Source: a virus
Virus record (IMG/VR): IMGVR_UViG_3300036832_000786
Span: 48,651 to 112,650 of that record
Length of the DNA: 64,000 bases
Strand: one strand, 5' to 3'
Made by a program: the position numbers and the translations under genes
Shown: positions 47,560 through 57,263 of the stretch, one piece after another
How the letters are laid out: the number at the start of each line of letters is the position of its first letter
Numbering within the stretch: position 1 is the stretch's first letter
Notes under the pieces: model-generated
What the model saw: the letters and a program-made list of their open reading frames with translations, nothing else
Database searches by the model: none
What the model was told of the DNA's origin: nothing

Positions 47560-48179
47560 CATCGGCTATCGATCCCAGCAAGCCGACCGCAGGCGACGCA
47601 CTGACACAGGACGTGCGTGACAATTTCGCGACCGCCGCTCAAGAGATCAGTGGCCTCCAGACCACGGTCGCCGACTTACAAGCCACCGTGCAGGATCAAT
47701 ACGATACGATCACCCAGTTGCAAAGCGATGTCGCGCAATTAAAGTCGCGCTCTCAGCTTGCTCTGACGACGATCACACTCAACCCACCAAACACAAGTTC
47801 CACCGCATTTGTCACTGCCGGGATCGGTAACCAGTTCACCCCGACAAATGACACCCGTGCGATCCTCATGCTCGATGGGATGCTAGGGAATACCGGAAAT
47901 GGTAACAGTAGCGAGTTACAGCTTGTCTGGGGTCAGGGGGCTTCACCGGCTACGGGAACGCTACTGAGCGCCACCAACGGCACGCCGGTCGGCAATCTGG
48001 TTAGCATACTATCGTCACGCTCGAATGATCTCGATCCCTTCGGTGTCAGTACGATGCTGACCGGATTGGTCAGCGGTCAGCAATACTGGCTCGATGCCGT
48101 CTATCGCGCCGTCAACGGCACAGCGACGCTATCGCAGATGTCACTGACAGCCTTTGAAGTCCTGGACCCGTTGCCATGA
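47556..48179 (+). CDS. Putative virion protein (paralog A)
   Basis: MTSAIDPSKP..VRDNF..A..EI..LQ coiled coil followed by a beta domain. Confidence 0.7.
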   Translation: MTSAIDPSKPTAGDALTQDVRDNFATAAQEISGLQTTVADLQATVQDQYDTITQLQSDVAQLKSRSQLALTTITLNPPNTSSTAFVTAGIGNQFTPTNDTRAILMLDGMLGNTGNGNSSELQLVWGQGASPATGTLLSATNGTPVGNLVSILSSRSNDLDPFGVSTMLTGLVSGQQYWLDAVYRAVNGTATLSQMSLTAFEVLDPLP

Positions 48180-48784
48180 CCTCGAATATCGATCCTTCGA
48201 TCCCGCATGAGGGTCACGCTTATACCTCCAACGTGCGTGACAACTTTCAGGTTGCGTCAACCGAAATCACCGCGTTACAGGATGCGGTTACGTCACTCAA
48301 TACACAAGTCACTCAATTGTTGAATGACGTTGTCAACCTGAAGGCACGCACGGTAGCGGCGACAAACCAGACATCGGATGTACCGCTTGACACCAATTCG
48401 CCGGATTTTGTCACTTCCGGGCTGGATATGCTGTTTCAGACGACATCCAGTTCACGCGCCATCTTTGGCATCGAGGGTGCGTTGGGCAATGATCAACAGG
48501 GTAACGTTAGCGAAGTACAACTGGTGTGGGGAACCGGTAATACGGCACCACCAGCGGGAACCTTGGTAACTGATACAGACGGTACACTGACCGGTACTTT
48601 GGTTAGCATCACCGCGCCAGCGACGGGGGAATTACCCTTTGCGGCTACAGCACTGCTAACAGGTATGATACCGGGTGACAATTATTGGATTGGTGTCGCT
48701 TACCGTTCTCCGGCTGGAGGGAACGTCATGTTGTCTGCGTGTACGATCACCGCGTTTGAACTCTTAGACCCGATTACCCCGTAG
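48176..48784 (+). CDS. Putative virion protein (paralog B)
   Basis: Collinear similarity to paralog A through TAFE.LDP. Confidence 0.7.
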   Translation: MTSNIDPSIPHEGHAYTSNVRDNFQVASTEITALQDAVTSLNTQVTQLLNDVVNLKARTVAATNQTSDVPLDTNSPDFVTSGLDMLFQTTSSSRAIFGIEGALGNDQQGNVSEVQLVWGTGNTAPPAGTLVTDTDGTLTGTLVSITAPATGELPFAATALLTGMIPGDNYWIGVAYRSPAGGNVMLSACTITAFELLDPITP

Positions 48785-48793
48785 GAGGGAACT

Positions 48794-50287
48794 ATGGCAC
48801 AAGGTTTGTCTGTCAGCCGCGTGGTTGATGTCCAAGTCAATTTCTCTCCGCAGGCGATCCCGACAGCGCGGTTTGACACCTTGCTGATCATGGGTGACAG
48901 CGGGGTTGTCGATACCGGCGAGGCGATCCGTGAGTACAACACGATCAATGACGTGGCGCAGGATTTTGGCACCACGGCACCGGAATACCTCGCGGCGTTG
49001 TTGTTCTTCTCGCAGGTACCGCAGCCGAGTACCTGTTACATCGGCGAGTGGGCGAACACTGCGACCCACGGTCGGCTGACCGGTGGGTTACTGACCAGCC
49101 AGCAAATGCTGATGAGTAACTGGACGACGATCACCAACGGCGGGTTCAGTGTCGCGATCGACGGTGCGGCGGCGGTCCAGGTTAGCAGTTTGAACTTCAG
49201 TTCTGCCAACAACCTGAACGGGGTTGCGACCACGATCCAGACCGCGCTGCGCACCGCTGCCAGTGCCCCACAACTGACCTTTACCTGGAACGGTAGCCAG
49301 TTTATTTGTCAGAGTGGAACTTCCGGTACAACGTCATCGGTGGCGTTCTTTGGCGTACCGACCGGTGGCGCTACCAATATCTCGGCGCAGTTGATGATGA
49401 CCAGCGCCACGGCGATCCGTAGTGTCTCCGGTATCGCGATTGAAACCCCGGTGGCGTCTATTGTGCGTGTCGATGGGCGCGGCTGGTATGCGGTGACCTT
49501 TGCCGCGTCGCGGGTACTGACCGATATCGAACATCTGGCGATCTCGGCCTATATCGAGGCAGCGTCCGACAAGCATATGTACGGGATCACCACCAACGAG
49601 CAAACCTGTCTCGACCCGGCGAATGTCACCGACATCGGGTCACAGGCGATGTTGGCCGACTACATGCGGACGGTGATCCAGTGGTCACTGTACAACCCCT
49701 ATGCCATTTGCTCGATCTTTGGCCGGGCTTTGACCGTGAACTTTGAGGGGTCCAATACGACCTTGACCCTGAAGTTCAAGGTGGAACCGGGTGTCATACC
49801 GGAAATCCTTTCCGGGTCAAACGCGACGACACTCGCGAGCAAGCGGATCAATGTCTACGTTCAATACAACAATGGCGCGGCGATCACCCAGGAAGGTGTC
49901 ATGTCGGGCCGGGCGTATTTTGATGAGATGCACGGACTCGACTGGTTGAGCAATCGTATCCAAAACGATCTGTTCAACGTGCTCTACACCAGCCCAAAAA
50001 TCCCGCAGACCAACCCCGGTGTGCATATTCTGGTGACAACTTGTGATGCGTCACTGTCACAGGGGGCGACAAACGGATTGATCGCGCCGGGAGTGTGGAA
50101 CGCGCCGGGTTTTGGTGAGCTTCATCAAGGCGATACCCTGCATAACGGCTGGTACACCTTCGCCAACAATGTTGACACTCAGTCACAGGCGGATCGTGAA
50201 GCGCGTATTGCACCACTGATTCAGATCGCTGCCAAGCTGGCTGGTGCCATCCATTTTGTCGACGTTTTGATCAACGTGAACAGGTGA
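48794..50287 (+). CDS. Tail sheath protein (DUF3383)
   Basis: L.VSRVV.V.V, DFG...PEY.AA..FFSQ.PQP, TLKFK.EPGV, DE.HGLDWL, KIPQT..G, KLAGAIH. Confidence 0.92.
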   Translation: MAQGLSVSRVVDVQVNFSPQAIPTARFDTLLIMGDSGVVDTGEAIREYNTINDVAQDFGTTAPEYLAALLFFSQVPQPSTCYIGEWANTATHGRLTGGLLTSQQMLMSNWTTITNGGFSVAIDGAAAVQVSSLNFSSANNLNGVATTIQTALRTAASAPQLTFTWNGSQFICQSGTSGTTSSVAFFGVPTGGATNISAQLMMTSATAIRSVSGIAIETPVASIVRVDGRGWYAVTFAASRVLTDIEHLAISAYIEAASDKHMYGITTNEQTCLDPANVTDIGSQAMLADYMRTVIQWSLYNPYAICSIFGRALTVNFEGSNTTLTLKFKVEPGVIPEILSGSNATTLASKRINVYVQYNNGAAITQEGVMSGRAYFDEMHGLDWLSNRIQNDLFNVLYTSPKIPQTNPGVHILVTTCDASLSQGATNGLIAPGVWNAPGFGELHQGDTLHNGWYTFANNVDTQSQADREARIAPLIQIAAKLAGAIHFVDVLINVNR

Positions 50288-50292
50288 TGGAC

Positions 50293-50305
50293 TAAGCCAT
50301 TGATA
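50293..50305 (-). promoter_or_regulatory. IHF-consensus site
   Basis: The reverse complement TATCAATGGCTTA matches WATCAANNNNTTR, in an AT-rich gap. Confidence 0.35.
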
Positions 50306-50383
50306 TTGTTGTGTTTTTCAATATTATTGCTACAGCCACGGCTGAAGCGTAGAGTAGAGAGGAGGTGACAGGAGGATTGTGAG

Positions 50384-51073
50384 ATGAGGCGACCCCGCGT
50401 GCTGATCGAGGGTGACTATTTTGTGTACGCACTTTTTAGACCGGATAACGGGGCCGTGTTTTACATCGGAGGCGCTAGTAGAGAGAAGCGCCTCCGTGAA
50501 CGAGGAACTAGAGGGCGAGGTAAGATGATCAGGGCTTTGGAACGGGCGGGTTATACGGAAATTCCATCTATCGTGATCCGGGCTGGGTTAACTCGTCTTG
50601 CGGCACAGGAATTAGAGAGTGCGTTTATACAGGCTATCGGATGCATGCCTGATGGTCCGTTAGTTAATAAATTTCGTATTGGGGTTATTATCGATGAAGA
50701 GGGTCGGCGTAATATGTCACTCGCTGCTAAGGCGCGGGATCGCTCCGGTGACGACGAGACGCGCCGTCGCGCGCGGATGGGTGACTCGGATGTTCGGGTT
50801 AGGATGAGCGACTCGGCAAGGAAGCGAGAACGGACAGTGGAGTTTGAAACGCGGCGGTTAGCGGCGGCTCATTCACCGGAGGCACGGAAAAAGCGTGGTG
50901 TCAGCCAAGCTAGGCGAGGTTGGATCACTAATGGGATTGAGGAAGTTCGCGCTCTGAAAACCGATCCGATCCCCAATGGCTGGCGGCGTGGTCGATTATC
51001 CGGTGTCGCCTCTGAAGCGACCCGCGAAAGGATGAGAGCTAGTAGACTTCGTTACATCAAAGAAGGTGTTTGA
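50384..51073 (+). CDS. GIY-YIG-like homing endonuclease with NUMOD-like basic tail
   Basis: YFVYAL..VFYIG, LE..FI..G..GPLVN, WITNG.EE..P.GWRRGR. Confidence 0.7.
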   Translation: MRRPRVLIEGDYFVYALFRPDNGAVFYIGGASREKRLRERGTRGRGKMIRALERAGYTEIPSIVIRAGLTRLAAQELESAFIQAIGCMPDGPLVNKFRIGVIIDEEGRRNMSLAAKARDRSGDDETRRRARMGDSDVRVRMSDSARKRERTVEFETRRLAAAHSPEARKKRGVSQARRGWITNGIEEVRALKTDPIPNGWRRGRLSGVASEATRERMRASRLRYIKEGV

Positions 51074-51090
51074 GTGGTAGGTGACTCTTT

Positions 51091-51166
51091 GGCGGGTGTA
51101 GCTCAGGGGTAGAGCGCTGGGTTGTGGTCCCGAAGGTCGCGGGTTCGAATCCCGTCACTCGCCCCA
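51091..51166 (+). tRNA. tRNA-His(GTG)
   Basis: G-1, acceptor GCGGGTG/CACTCGC, D arm TAGCTCAG..TAGAGC, anticodon loop TTGTGGT, GGTTCGAATCC, C73, encoded CCA. Confidence 0.93.
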
Positions 51167-51181
51167 TTACAGGAGGAAAGT

Positions 51182-51487
51182 ATGACCAAGGTTCTTGTTG
51201 CAGCGGCGGCGTTTGCACTGTTCCCTTCACTGGCCTTTGCTCAGTGCAGCGAGATTCCCTATCAGGGTTTTATGTGTAACTCGCTGATGACGTTTAAGGG
51301 CGGGATCGAACTGCCGGCGGCAACGACTGTGGCCGGGCTGTCGGCCTTTACCTGCAACGCGCAGGCGCAGGGACAGTTGCGCGTGGTCACCGATGCGACC
51401 ACACCCGCCTATAACGCGGCGCTGACCGGCGGTGGCGCGGTGGTGACGATGGCGTTCTGCAACGGTACGGCATGGGTCGCCCACTGA
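51182..51487 (+). CDS. Secreted/virion small protein
   Basis: AGGAGG RBS, signal peptide MTKVLVAAAAF..AFA, and a C..G..VVTDAT..FCNGTAW module. Confidence 0.65.
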   Translation: MTKVLVAAAAFALFPSLAFAQCSEIPYQGFMCNSLMTFKGGIELPAATTVAGLSAFTCNAQAQGQLRVVTDATTPAYNAALTGGGAVVTMAFCNGTAWVAH

Positions 51488-51652
51488 CCCTTGCAGAGCA
51501 ACGGCTCCTTGATGCCGTCGTGGAAACGGTGGGTCAGCGCCCTTATGCCATAGGTAACTGTATCTATCGCGGGGCGTTTCGTGATCGTCACTGTGACCGG
51601 CTTGTGCTGAGATACTTGCTTCTAACGGAAGAGGATTACGAGGAGGTGACAA

Positions 51653-52126
51653 ATGGCGACTTACTCGTTTAACGACAATATGTGCGCGATTGCCGGACCC
51701 AATGGTAACTTCAACCTGGGTTACGGATCGTGTAACTCAGAAGGCGGTATCTCGGTGAACATGGTGGAAGACAAGAGCACCATGACGATCGGGGCCGATG
51801 GGTGTGTCATGCACTCGCTGCATTCCGGCAAGGGCGCGACAGTCACCGTCCGCTTGCTGAAGACCAGCCCGACCAATGCGTTGCTGTCACAGATGTACGC
51901 AAATGATACAGGCACTGCCGGAAACCCCGCCGGTACTGCCAATCACGGGCAGAACCAGATCAGTATCCGTGACTTGCAGAGAAATGATGTCATTACGTGT
52001 CAACAGTGCGCGTTCGCGAAATTTCCCGATATCACTTACGCCAAAGAGGGCGGCGAAATGGTGTGGACATTCCATGCCGGTATCGTTGACTTCATCCTTG
52101 GTACGGGACTCGCGGTAGCGTTCTGA
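51653..52126 (+). CDS. Tail tube protein (DUF3277-like)
   Basis: TYSF.D..I.GP, EGGI, MTIGADG..MHSL, VRLLKTSP.N..L. Confidence 0.88.
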   Translation: MATYSFNDNMCAIAGPNGNFNLGYGSCNSEGGISVNMVEDKSTMTIGADGCVMHSLHSGKGATVTVRLLKTSPTNALLSQMYANDTGTAGNPAGTANHGQNQISIRDLQRNDVITCQQCAFAKFPDITYAKEGGEMVWTFHAGIVDFILGTGLAVAF

Positions 52127-52150
52127 CATTAGTCACAAGGGAGGGTGACA

Positions 52151-52612
52151 ATGGAAGAACTAGAACTTGAAGGTACGTGGTACCGCACCGGTAAGCTTGA
52201 CGCATTTAAGCAGTTTCACTTATTCCGCAAGTTGATGCCACTCTTCAGCGGGATGGGTGAGACTGCGGCGTCACAACTCGCCGCCGCCGCGTCGAACACA
52301 AATGTACCGGAGGGCGCGGTTCGCTGGTCGTCATTTGGTCCGGTCGCCCAGGCGATCGCCGATATGTCACAACAGGACAGCGAGTTTATCGTCAAGACCT
52401 GTCTTGCGGTGTGTACGCGCAAGAACCCAGTGGGGCAGTGGGTGCGTCTAGCGACACCCCAAGGTGACCTGATGTTTGAGGACATCGACCTGGGTATCAT
52501 GCTGCAACTGTCATTTGCCGTGATACAGGACAATCTGGCACCTTTTTTTCCAGGCCGCCCCCTCAACGGTTCGGGAGCCGAGGTGGCCCAAACATCGAAT
52601 CCGCCGATATGA
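52151..52612 (+). CDS. Tail assembly chaperone (G)
   Basis: Y..GKL.AF.QFH..RKL.P, LMF.DI.L..ML.L...VI..NL..FF; between tube and tape measure genes. Confidence 0.8.
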   Translation: MEELELEGTWYRTGKLDAFKQFHLFRKLMPLFSGMGETAASQLAAAASNTNVPEGAVRWSSFGPVAQAIADMSQQDSEFIVKTCLAVCTRKNPVGQWVRLATPQGDLMFEDIDLGIMLQLSFAVIQDNLAPFFPGRPLNGSGAEVAQTSNPPI

Positions 52613-52788
52613 CGGAGGGCGAGTACTGGTTAATGCGCCCAGTACTCGAAGGGATGTGTCAGTACGAATCACTGAAAAACGGCGCATTAGACCTTGCTGA
52701 CGTATCGCGGATGAACGAGGCAATCGACGTTCGTAACGAGAACCGTGCGCGTGCCGATGATGCAATGGCCGAGGAACGGAACCGATAG
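52609..52788 (+). CDS. Chaperone T segment (DUF6889-like), -1 frame of G
   Basis: MTEGEYWLMRPVLEGMCQYESLKNGALDLADVSRMNEAIDVRNEN; the frame is open back to the T7 run at 52543-52549. Confidence 0.75.
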   Translation: MTEGEYWLMRPVLEGMCQYESLKNGALDLADVSRMNEAIDVRNENRARADDAMAEERNR

Positions 52789-55740
52789 ATGGCTGACACG
52801 GTCCTAGAGTCATTCCTGATCAAGCTCGGCTATCAAGTCGATCAGGCGAGCCAGAAATCCTTCACCACGGCGATCTCCGAGGGTGTCAAAGGAATAACCG
52901 CGTTCGCCGCCGCCTTGACGGCGATGGCGATCGGTGTCGAGGAGGCGGTACGTCGCACTGCCTTCCAGATGGCACGTCTGGAAGCTTCGGCGCAACTGAG
53001 TAACAAGCCCGCTGACCAACTCAAGGCGTTTGGTTCCTCGCTGGCGGCTGTCGGCGGTAACTATCAGGAGGCAATCGATCAACAGGTAAAATTCACCCAG
53101 GCACTCAACAACTCGCCCTGGATGAAGGGTTACGCGCAGACTGTTATCGGTCAACACTCGCTGGATATCAAAGGAGTCACAGAGCGGTATCACGAACTCT
53201 ACGTGCAATTTGGTCCGGGGAGTCAACAGTTACGCATCTTCGCCGACCAGATGTCGGAAGTTGGTGTTACCATCGGGAACAATCAAATCCTGGCGGCTAA
53301 GAACTGGGATCAGTACCAACGAATCCAAAAACAAATGGAACAGGAGGCTGTCACCTTTCAGAAGCGGTGGGATGTAGCCGACAAGAACTCGATGCGGTTA
53401 CAGCTTGAATTCACCGCACTCGGTAACACCATAGACAATTACTACAAGACCGCGATGGGCGGTGTTATCGGGTACCTCGCTGACGGAACCAAATACGTCG
53501 AGGACTGGCTCGTTGCTCACGAAAGAATCTTTAACGACTGGATGGACGAACTCGAAAAGAACATTAAGGTCGGTGACTGGGAAGCGGTCGGTAAGCAAAT
53601 CGGTGAAGTTATTGGTAAGGGGGTAAAATACTTTTTTGAACACGTTTGGGATTGGCTCGGTGTTGGTGTCAAAGCTGGTATCGATATAGCAAAAGGTATT
53701 GTTGAGGGACTTTATAAAGAAGAGGGGGCGCTGGGAGCCGCTGGTACCGTCATCGGTGGCGTTATTGCGGCAGGTGTATCCGTAGCACTTGTGGGCGGGT
53801 TGTCACGCTCGATATTTCGGTTTTTTACTGGTGGTGGTGGCGCAGGGGCTGGTGCAGGGGCGGGTGGCGCAGCGGCGGGTGGTTTGCTCGGTTTCGTGCG
53901 GCGTTTGTGGCCGGTCGCGGCTGCCGGTATTGGACTCGGAATCCTTAAGGACACCGGGGTTGTCGGCGGCAAGAATTGGAAGGTTTGGGATCCCGCCTGG
54001 GGACCGCCGCCCCCTGGTTGGGATGGCGGTGTTGCTGGGCAGCGCGCGCCGGGGGATGAACCCGATTTTATCGACAAGATCGGTGACTGGCTTCACGAAC
54101 ACTTTAGTGGGAAACGACCTAGCGGTCAGCATGGTGGTATCATCCCGATCAACGCCCATCCGGGTGAAATGTTACTGCCGCAGAACCTTAGTTCCGGTAT
54201 TCAGAGTTTCTTTGGTAACAACAATTGGAGTGACTCAATGGATGATTTGAGTCACTGGCTTACCGGTGACACGACATTTTCGCCGATCATGGATTTTGCC
54301 GATCAGGCTTACGACAAGCTGGTTGACGTATTTGAAGAGGCACTTCGTCGTGTCTGGCCGGATGCTGGTGAAGGCGGCGGCACCGGCAATCAGCCGGGAC
54401 ATGCCGGTGGAGGCGGCGGTCCCGGTGGTGGTGCCGGTGCTGGTGGTGCTCGCGGCGGCGGCAGTAGGAGTAGCACAAACGAACCCCTTACCGCGCCACC
54501 GGAAGAGCCGCCGGGAACACCCAGTGCTTACCGCAAACAACAACGCGAACAAATGTTTGCCGAATACGACAAGTGGACCGATGTGCAGAAGCGTACACTC
54601 TCCCTTGTCATGGGGAGGGAGAGCAAAGATGCATTAGAGAGTCTTGCCAACCGGACCATCTTCGAGAAGGGTACGGCGATGAACCCCCACGGTACACTGT
54701 GGGAGGGTCTAAGCGGGAGGTTTTATAGCACGTTCCGGCAGGCGCAGGCGGATGCGATGCGCGGGGCAGGATCAGTGGCAGTAGCGGACAGGATGGCCGC
54801 TTCGGTACGTGCTGGCAGTGACGTTCTCGGAGGCCGCACCGATCAGGGTATGTGGACTGATCCGGGGCACAGGTGGATGCACGCACCGGGTGCTGCCCCT
54901 GGTACCCAGATCAATGCGTTGGGAATTGCGCGGCGGTTAGCGCACATTCGTGGTGAATGGTATAGTGACAAGGAATCGGTTTCCTTAGCCCGGCGTGACG
55001 CAGACCTCAAGGCTCAGCGTGACTATGATGCCGCGCATGGTGGCGCTTCGGGTAGCGGTAGCACGATGGGCCAAATCCAGGCGGCGATCGGTGACTCTAT
55101 CGCCGAGGGTGTCGATCAGGCACTGGGTCTGCGTGCGGGTGCGGGTACTCTCGCTGATGCGGTAGGTGGTACCACACCAAAGCAAATCCTCGCGCGTGTC
55201 GCGGGTCACATACAGGACTACGCAGGAAAGACCATCGCGCTCGCCAGCGGCAGCAACCCTAACGCCGGTTTTGATGAGTCACAGATGTCGGCGGTTAAGG
55301 AGACAATGGAGCGGCTGCACGCGGTCGGCGCGCATATCGTTTTGCTGGGAGTGGGTAAAGGTGTCAAGGATGCGGATAAGATCAACGCGCGCCTAGCCTC
55401 AATTGCCAGTGGAATGGGTGACCCGTTTACCGGCGGCTTGGAAGGTACCGATCGGCGTGGTGGTGTTGTCCATCCTGATGACTACCGCAAGACCGTCGAG
55501 CAAATCCGCAGGGCTGGGTCACAGATGAGTAGTGGGAGTTGGGGGTCGGATTTTTACCGGCGGCTGACGACCCATTACGCAACAGGTGGGGCGTTATCCG
55601 GCAGCGTTGATAACAGTCACAACACCGTGGTGATCAATGGTGTGAGCAACGAGCACGATATCCAGCGACAGTTGGCGCGGACATCGGGTAACCGGTACGC
55701 TGCCTACTCGATGCGGAACGGAAGGACGTACACCACATGA
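52789..55740 (+). CDS. Tape measure protein with C-terminal enzymatic-like domains
   Basis: MAD.VLESFLIKLGY.VD start and helical body; C-terminal IGDSIAEG..SGSN..HPDDY (SGNH-like). Confidence 0.8.
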   Translation: MADTVLESFLIKLGYQVDQASQKSFTTAISEGVKGITAFAAALTAMAIGVEEAVRRTAFQMARLEASAQLSNKPADQLKAFGSSLAAVGGNYQEAIDQQVKFTQALNNSPWMKGYAQTVIGQHSLDIKGVTERYHELYVQFGPGSQQLRIFADQMSEVGVTIGNNQILAAKNWDQYQRIQKQMEQEAVTFQKRWDVADKNSMRLQLEFTALGNTIDNYYKTAMGGVIGYLADGTKYVEDWLVAHERIFNDWMDELEKNIKVGDWEAVGKQIGEVIGKGVKYFFEHVWDWLGVGVKAGIDIAKGIVEGLYKEEGALGAAGTVIGGVIAAGVSVALVGGLSRSIFRFFTGGGGAGAGAGAGGAAAGGLLGFVRRLWPVAAAGIGLGILKDTGVVGGKNWKVWDPAWGPPPPGWDGGVAGQRAPGDEPDFIDKIGDWLHEHFSGKRPSGQHGGIIPINAHPGEMLLPQNLSSGIQSFFGNNNWSDSMDDLSHWLTGDTTFSPIMDFADQAYDKLVDVFEEALRRVWPDAGEGGGTGNQPGHAGGGGGPGGGAGAGGARGGGSRSSTNEPLTAPPEEPPGTPSAYRKQQREQMFAEYDKWTDVQKRTLSLVMGRESKDALESLANRTIFEKGTAMNPHGTLWEGLSGRFYSTFRQAQADAMRGAGSVAVADRMAASVRAGSDVLGGRTDQGMWTDPGHRWMHAPGAAPGTQINALGIARRLAHIRGEWYSDKESVSLARRDADLKAQRDYDAAHGGASGSGSTMGQIQAAIGDSIAEGVDQALGLRAGAGTLADAVGGTTPKQILARVAGHIQDYAGKTIALASGSNPNAGFDESQMSAVKETMERLHAVGAHIVLLGVGKGVKDADKINARLASIASGMGDPFTGGLEGTDRRGGVVHPDDYRKTVEQIRRAGSQMSSGSWGSDFYRRLTTHYATGGALSGSVDNSHNTVVINGVSNEHDIQRQLARTSGNRYAAYSMRNGRTYTT

Positions 55741-57260
55741 GTGACGATCGTGATTTGGTCGCTCCTCCCGGCGGGATTGATATAACCCCAGGCGGCGGTG
55801 CCACTGATCTTAGTAAGTACGCTAAAGTCGGTACCGACTTACAGGTATCTCCCGACTTAAAGCCAGTTGATGAGTTTCATGCCAACAACAGTGACACTTT
55901 TCATACAAGTGACTTGAGTGTACCGTCTGTTGATAAGGACACTTGGCAGCCGGTGTCGGCTAATCTTCAAACGTCACAGGGTCCAGGTTCGGGGCAGATT
56001 GATCAGAAGACGCAGATCAATAACGATGCGCAGTGGATTCGTGCGTTCAGTCTCACTGTCTATTCTCAGGCGAAAACAGGCGGCGGATCGGTTCCGATAC
56101 CGGCGGCGGCTCCTCCCAGACAGCCAAAGCCGCCTGCCAGGATTATTCCGTTCCGCCGTCGCGGTGTAGTTACGCTGCTTGATGATCCGGCGGTGTCTTC
56201 AAAGGGTGACACAATACCAGCTTACGAGAAGCAGACTGCGGATCAACCGGCTATGGATATCTCGAAGTTGCGGTGCAGTTTCAGTATCCAGAAGACCACG
56301 CTTCAGACACCAAACATGCTCTACGCGCGTGTCTATAACCTCTCCCCGGCGACACTCGCCAAGGTGATCGAGTTTACCAGGGTGCAGGTTTACGCCGGTT
56401 ACAAATACGCCGCTTACGGTATCATCTTTGATGGCGAGGTGATCCAGTATCGGCGCGGCAAAGAGAACCCGGTTGACACCTATTTGGAGATACACGCCGC
56501 TGACGGTGACACTATCAACAGTACCACGATGTTCAAAACCTATCCAAAAGGAACCAAGGAACGCCAAAAACTGGACGATCTCAATAACATAAAGAAGAAG
56601 CTAGACCCTAACTTCAAGGTCGATCAGGTCGATGACAAGTTGTATGTCGATGCGTCCCTGCGTGACACTGTGGTTGTCGGGCACGCGCGTGACATCGAAC
56701 GGCGGATGTTCCTGGCTTCGGGCGCACAACACTTTGTCGATAATGGGGCATTTATCGCGATAACAGAGGAGCACTACCGCGCGGGTGAGGTAGTAGTTTT
56801 GTCACCGAATACCGGGTTGGTCGGTTTACCGGAAGTGACCCCGCAGGGTATCCAGGTGAAGTGTCTGTTGAACCCAAAGCTCAAGCTTGGTGGTCTGGTG
56901 CAGATTGATAGTAACCTGTTGTCCGCTGTTGCGTACACACCCGGCACCGCGTCAAAGACCGATGACAAAGGCAATGTGATCCCTGGTGATCCGACCGGCG
57001 GCAAGGTCTACAACACCAATATGTGGCGACAGAACCTCGACAGTGCCTACACGTCACCGATCGGTCAGTACAAGATTTTGCTGATGACCTACACGGGTGA
57101 CACTAGAGGGAACCCGTGGTACTGCGATATGACCTGTATCGCGATGAATAGTAAGGGTGAGGCGATTGTCGGGAACAACGCGGGGAGCGCGTGGAACCGC
57201 CGCGCATCGGAACAGGCGATAAAGGGCACGCAAGCGACGGGTAACCCCAACAGGAGATAA
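55737..57260 (+). CDS. Baseplate hub-like protein
   Basis: LRC.FSIQK, PN....VYNLS, AGY...GIIFDG, AADGD, TGL.GLPE.T..GI.V.CLLNP, GDTRG.PWY. Confidence 0.82.
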   Translation: MSDDRDLVAPPGGIDITPGGGATDLSKYAKVGTDLQVSPDLKPVDEFHANNSDTFHTSDLSVPSVDKDTWQPVSANLQTSQGPGSGQIDQKTQINNDAQWIRAFSLTVYSQAKTGGGSVPIPAAAPPRQPKPPARIIPFRRRGVVTLLDDPAVSSKGDTIPAYEKQTADQPAMDISKLRCSFSIQKTTLQTPNMLYARVYNLSPATLAKVIEFTRVQVYAGYKYAAYGIIFDGEVIQYRRGKENPVDTYLEIHAADGDTINSTTMFKTYPKGTKERQKLDDLNNIKKKLDPNFKVDQVDDKLYVDASLRDTVVVGHARDIERRMFLASGAQHFVDNGAFIAITEEHYRAGEVVVLSPNTGLVGLPEVTPQGIQVKCLLNPKLKLGGLVQIDSNLLSAVAYTPGTASKTDDKGNVIPGDPTGGKVYNTNMWRQNLDSAYTSPIGQYKILLMTYTGDTRGNPWYCDMTCIAMNSKGEAIVGNNAGSAWNRRASEQAIKGTQATGNPNRR

Positions 57261-57263
57261 GCT

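Noticed and set aside
51122-51181. N-terminal extension of ORF 51122..51487
   Set aside because: It overlaps the tRNA; the real start is ATG 51182 after AGGAGG.
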